A DNA stretch of 64,000 nt from the sequence record DRR378314_1864. One strand, written 5' to 3'. The position numbers and the translations under genes were made by a program. Of the stretch, positions 63,651 through 64,000 are shown piece by piece. The notes beneath the pieces are model-generated. The model saw nothing but the letters and a program-made list of their open reading frames with translations. It searched no databases and was not told where the DNA came from. Each line of letters opens with the position of its first letter. The stretch's first letter is position 1.

Positions 63651-64000
63651 ATGGACAATAAAGCAGCTCGCTTACGTCGTGCTACTCGCGCACGTAAACA
63701 AATTAAAGAGTTGGGTGCAAATCGCCTGGTCGTTCACCGTACACCACGGCATATTTACGCGCAGTTGATCGCACCTAACGGTTCTGAAGTGCTGGCAGCC
63801 GCATCGACTGCAGAGAAAAGTGTCCGCGAAGGGCTTAAATCTACAGGTAATGTAGACGCAGCCAAAGTCGTGGGCAAAACTATCGCTGAACGAGCGATTG
63901 AAAAAGGCGTTAAAAACGTGTCTTTCGATCGTAGTGGTTTTAAATACCACGGTCGCGTAGCCGCATTAGCGGACGCAGCTCGTGAAGCCGGACTTCAGTT
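63651..64000 (+). CDS. rplR: 50S ribosomal protein L18 (3' truncated; absent from the ORF track)
   Basis: [11 protein letters not shown]...[14 protein letters not shown]...[25 protein letters not shown]. Confidence 0.98.
   Translation, partial: MDNKAARLRRATRARKQIKELGANRLVVHRTPRHIYAQLIAPNGSEVLAAASTAEKSVREGLKSTGNVDAAKVVGKTIAERAIEKGVKNVSFDRSGFKYHGRVAALADAAREAGLQ

Noticed and set aside
50112-63950. Antisense and alternate-frame ORFs over ribosomal protein and mrp genes (and likewise over putA, valS and parC)
   Set aside because: Shadow ORFs caused by codon bias of the real genes; no independent signals.

Overview
A 64-kb stretch of mostly core chromosome from a marine gammaproteobacterium (gene order and content suggest Alteromonadales, Idiomarina-like; this is inference). 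In order: exeA/exeB, an acyl-CoA dehydrogenase, putA, ygiF-glnE, lpxL, tolC, nudF-yqiB-parE-parC-plsC-rraB, valS-holC-pepA, lptFG, tRNA-Leu(CAA), rnr-rlmB, rpsF-priB-rpsR-rplI, an ECF sigma cassette, dnaB, cheX, an M1 peptidase, zur, dusA, a dipeptidase, the S10 operon, a porin plus a group-2 mrp antiporter operon, and the start of the spc operon. The most interesting region is 29.0-32.7 kb. (1) A 118-aa secretory leader ORF ends in an RGPP ribosome-arrest-type motif. Its stop codon lies in a perfect 12-bp stem that pairs with the Shine-Dalgarno of a downstream CBS-pair gene, a secM/secA-like switch on a gene with no known link to secretion. (2) An AT-rich islet next to the tRNA encodes an AvcD/dCTP-deaminase-like anti-phage protein with an eroded kinase-like domain and two extra C-terminal cold-shock/OB-fold-like repeats, beside a decayed IS66-like end. 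Also notable: a sigma54/PspF-type promoter at the pspG position drives a non-PspG secreted protein and an unannotated 36-aa membrane peptide. All calls are from reading the sequence; no database searches were run.
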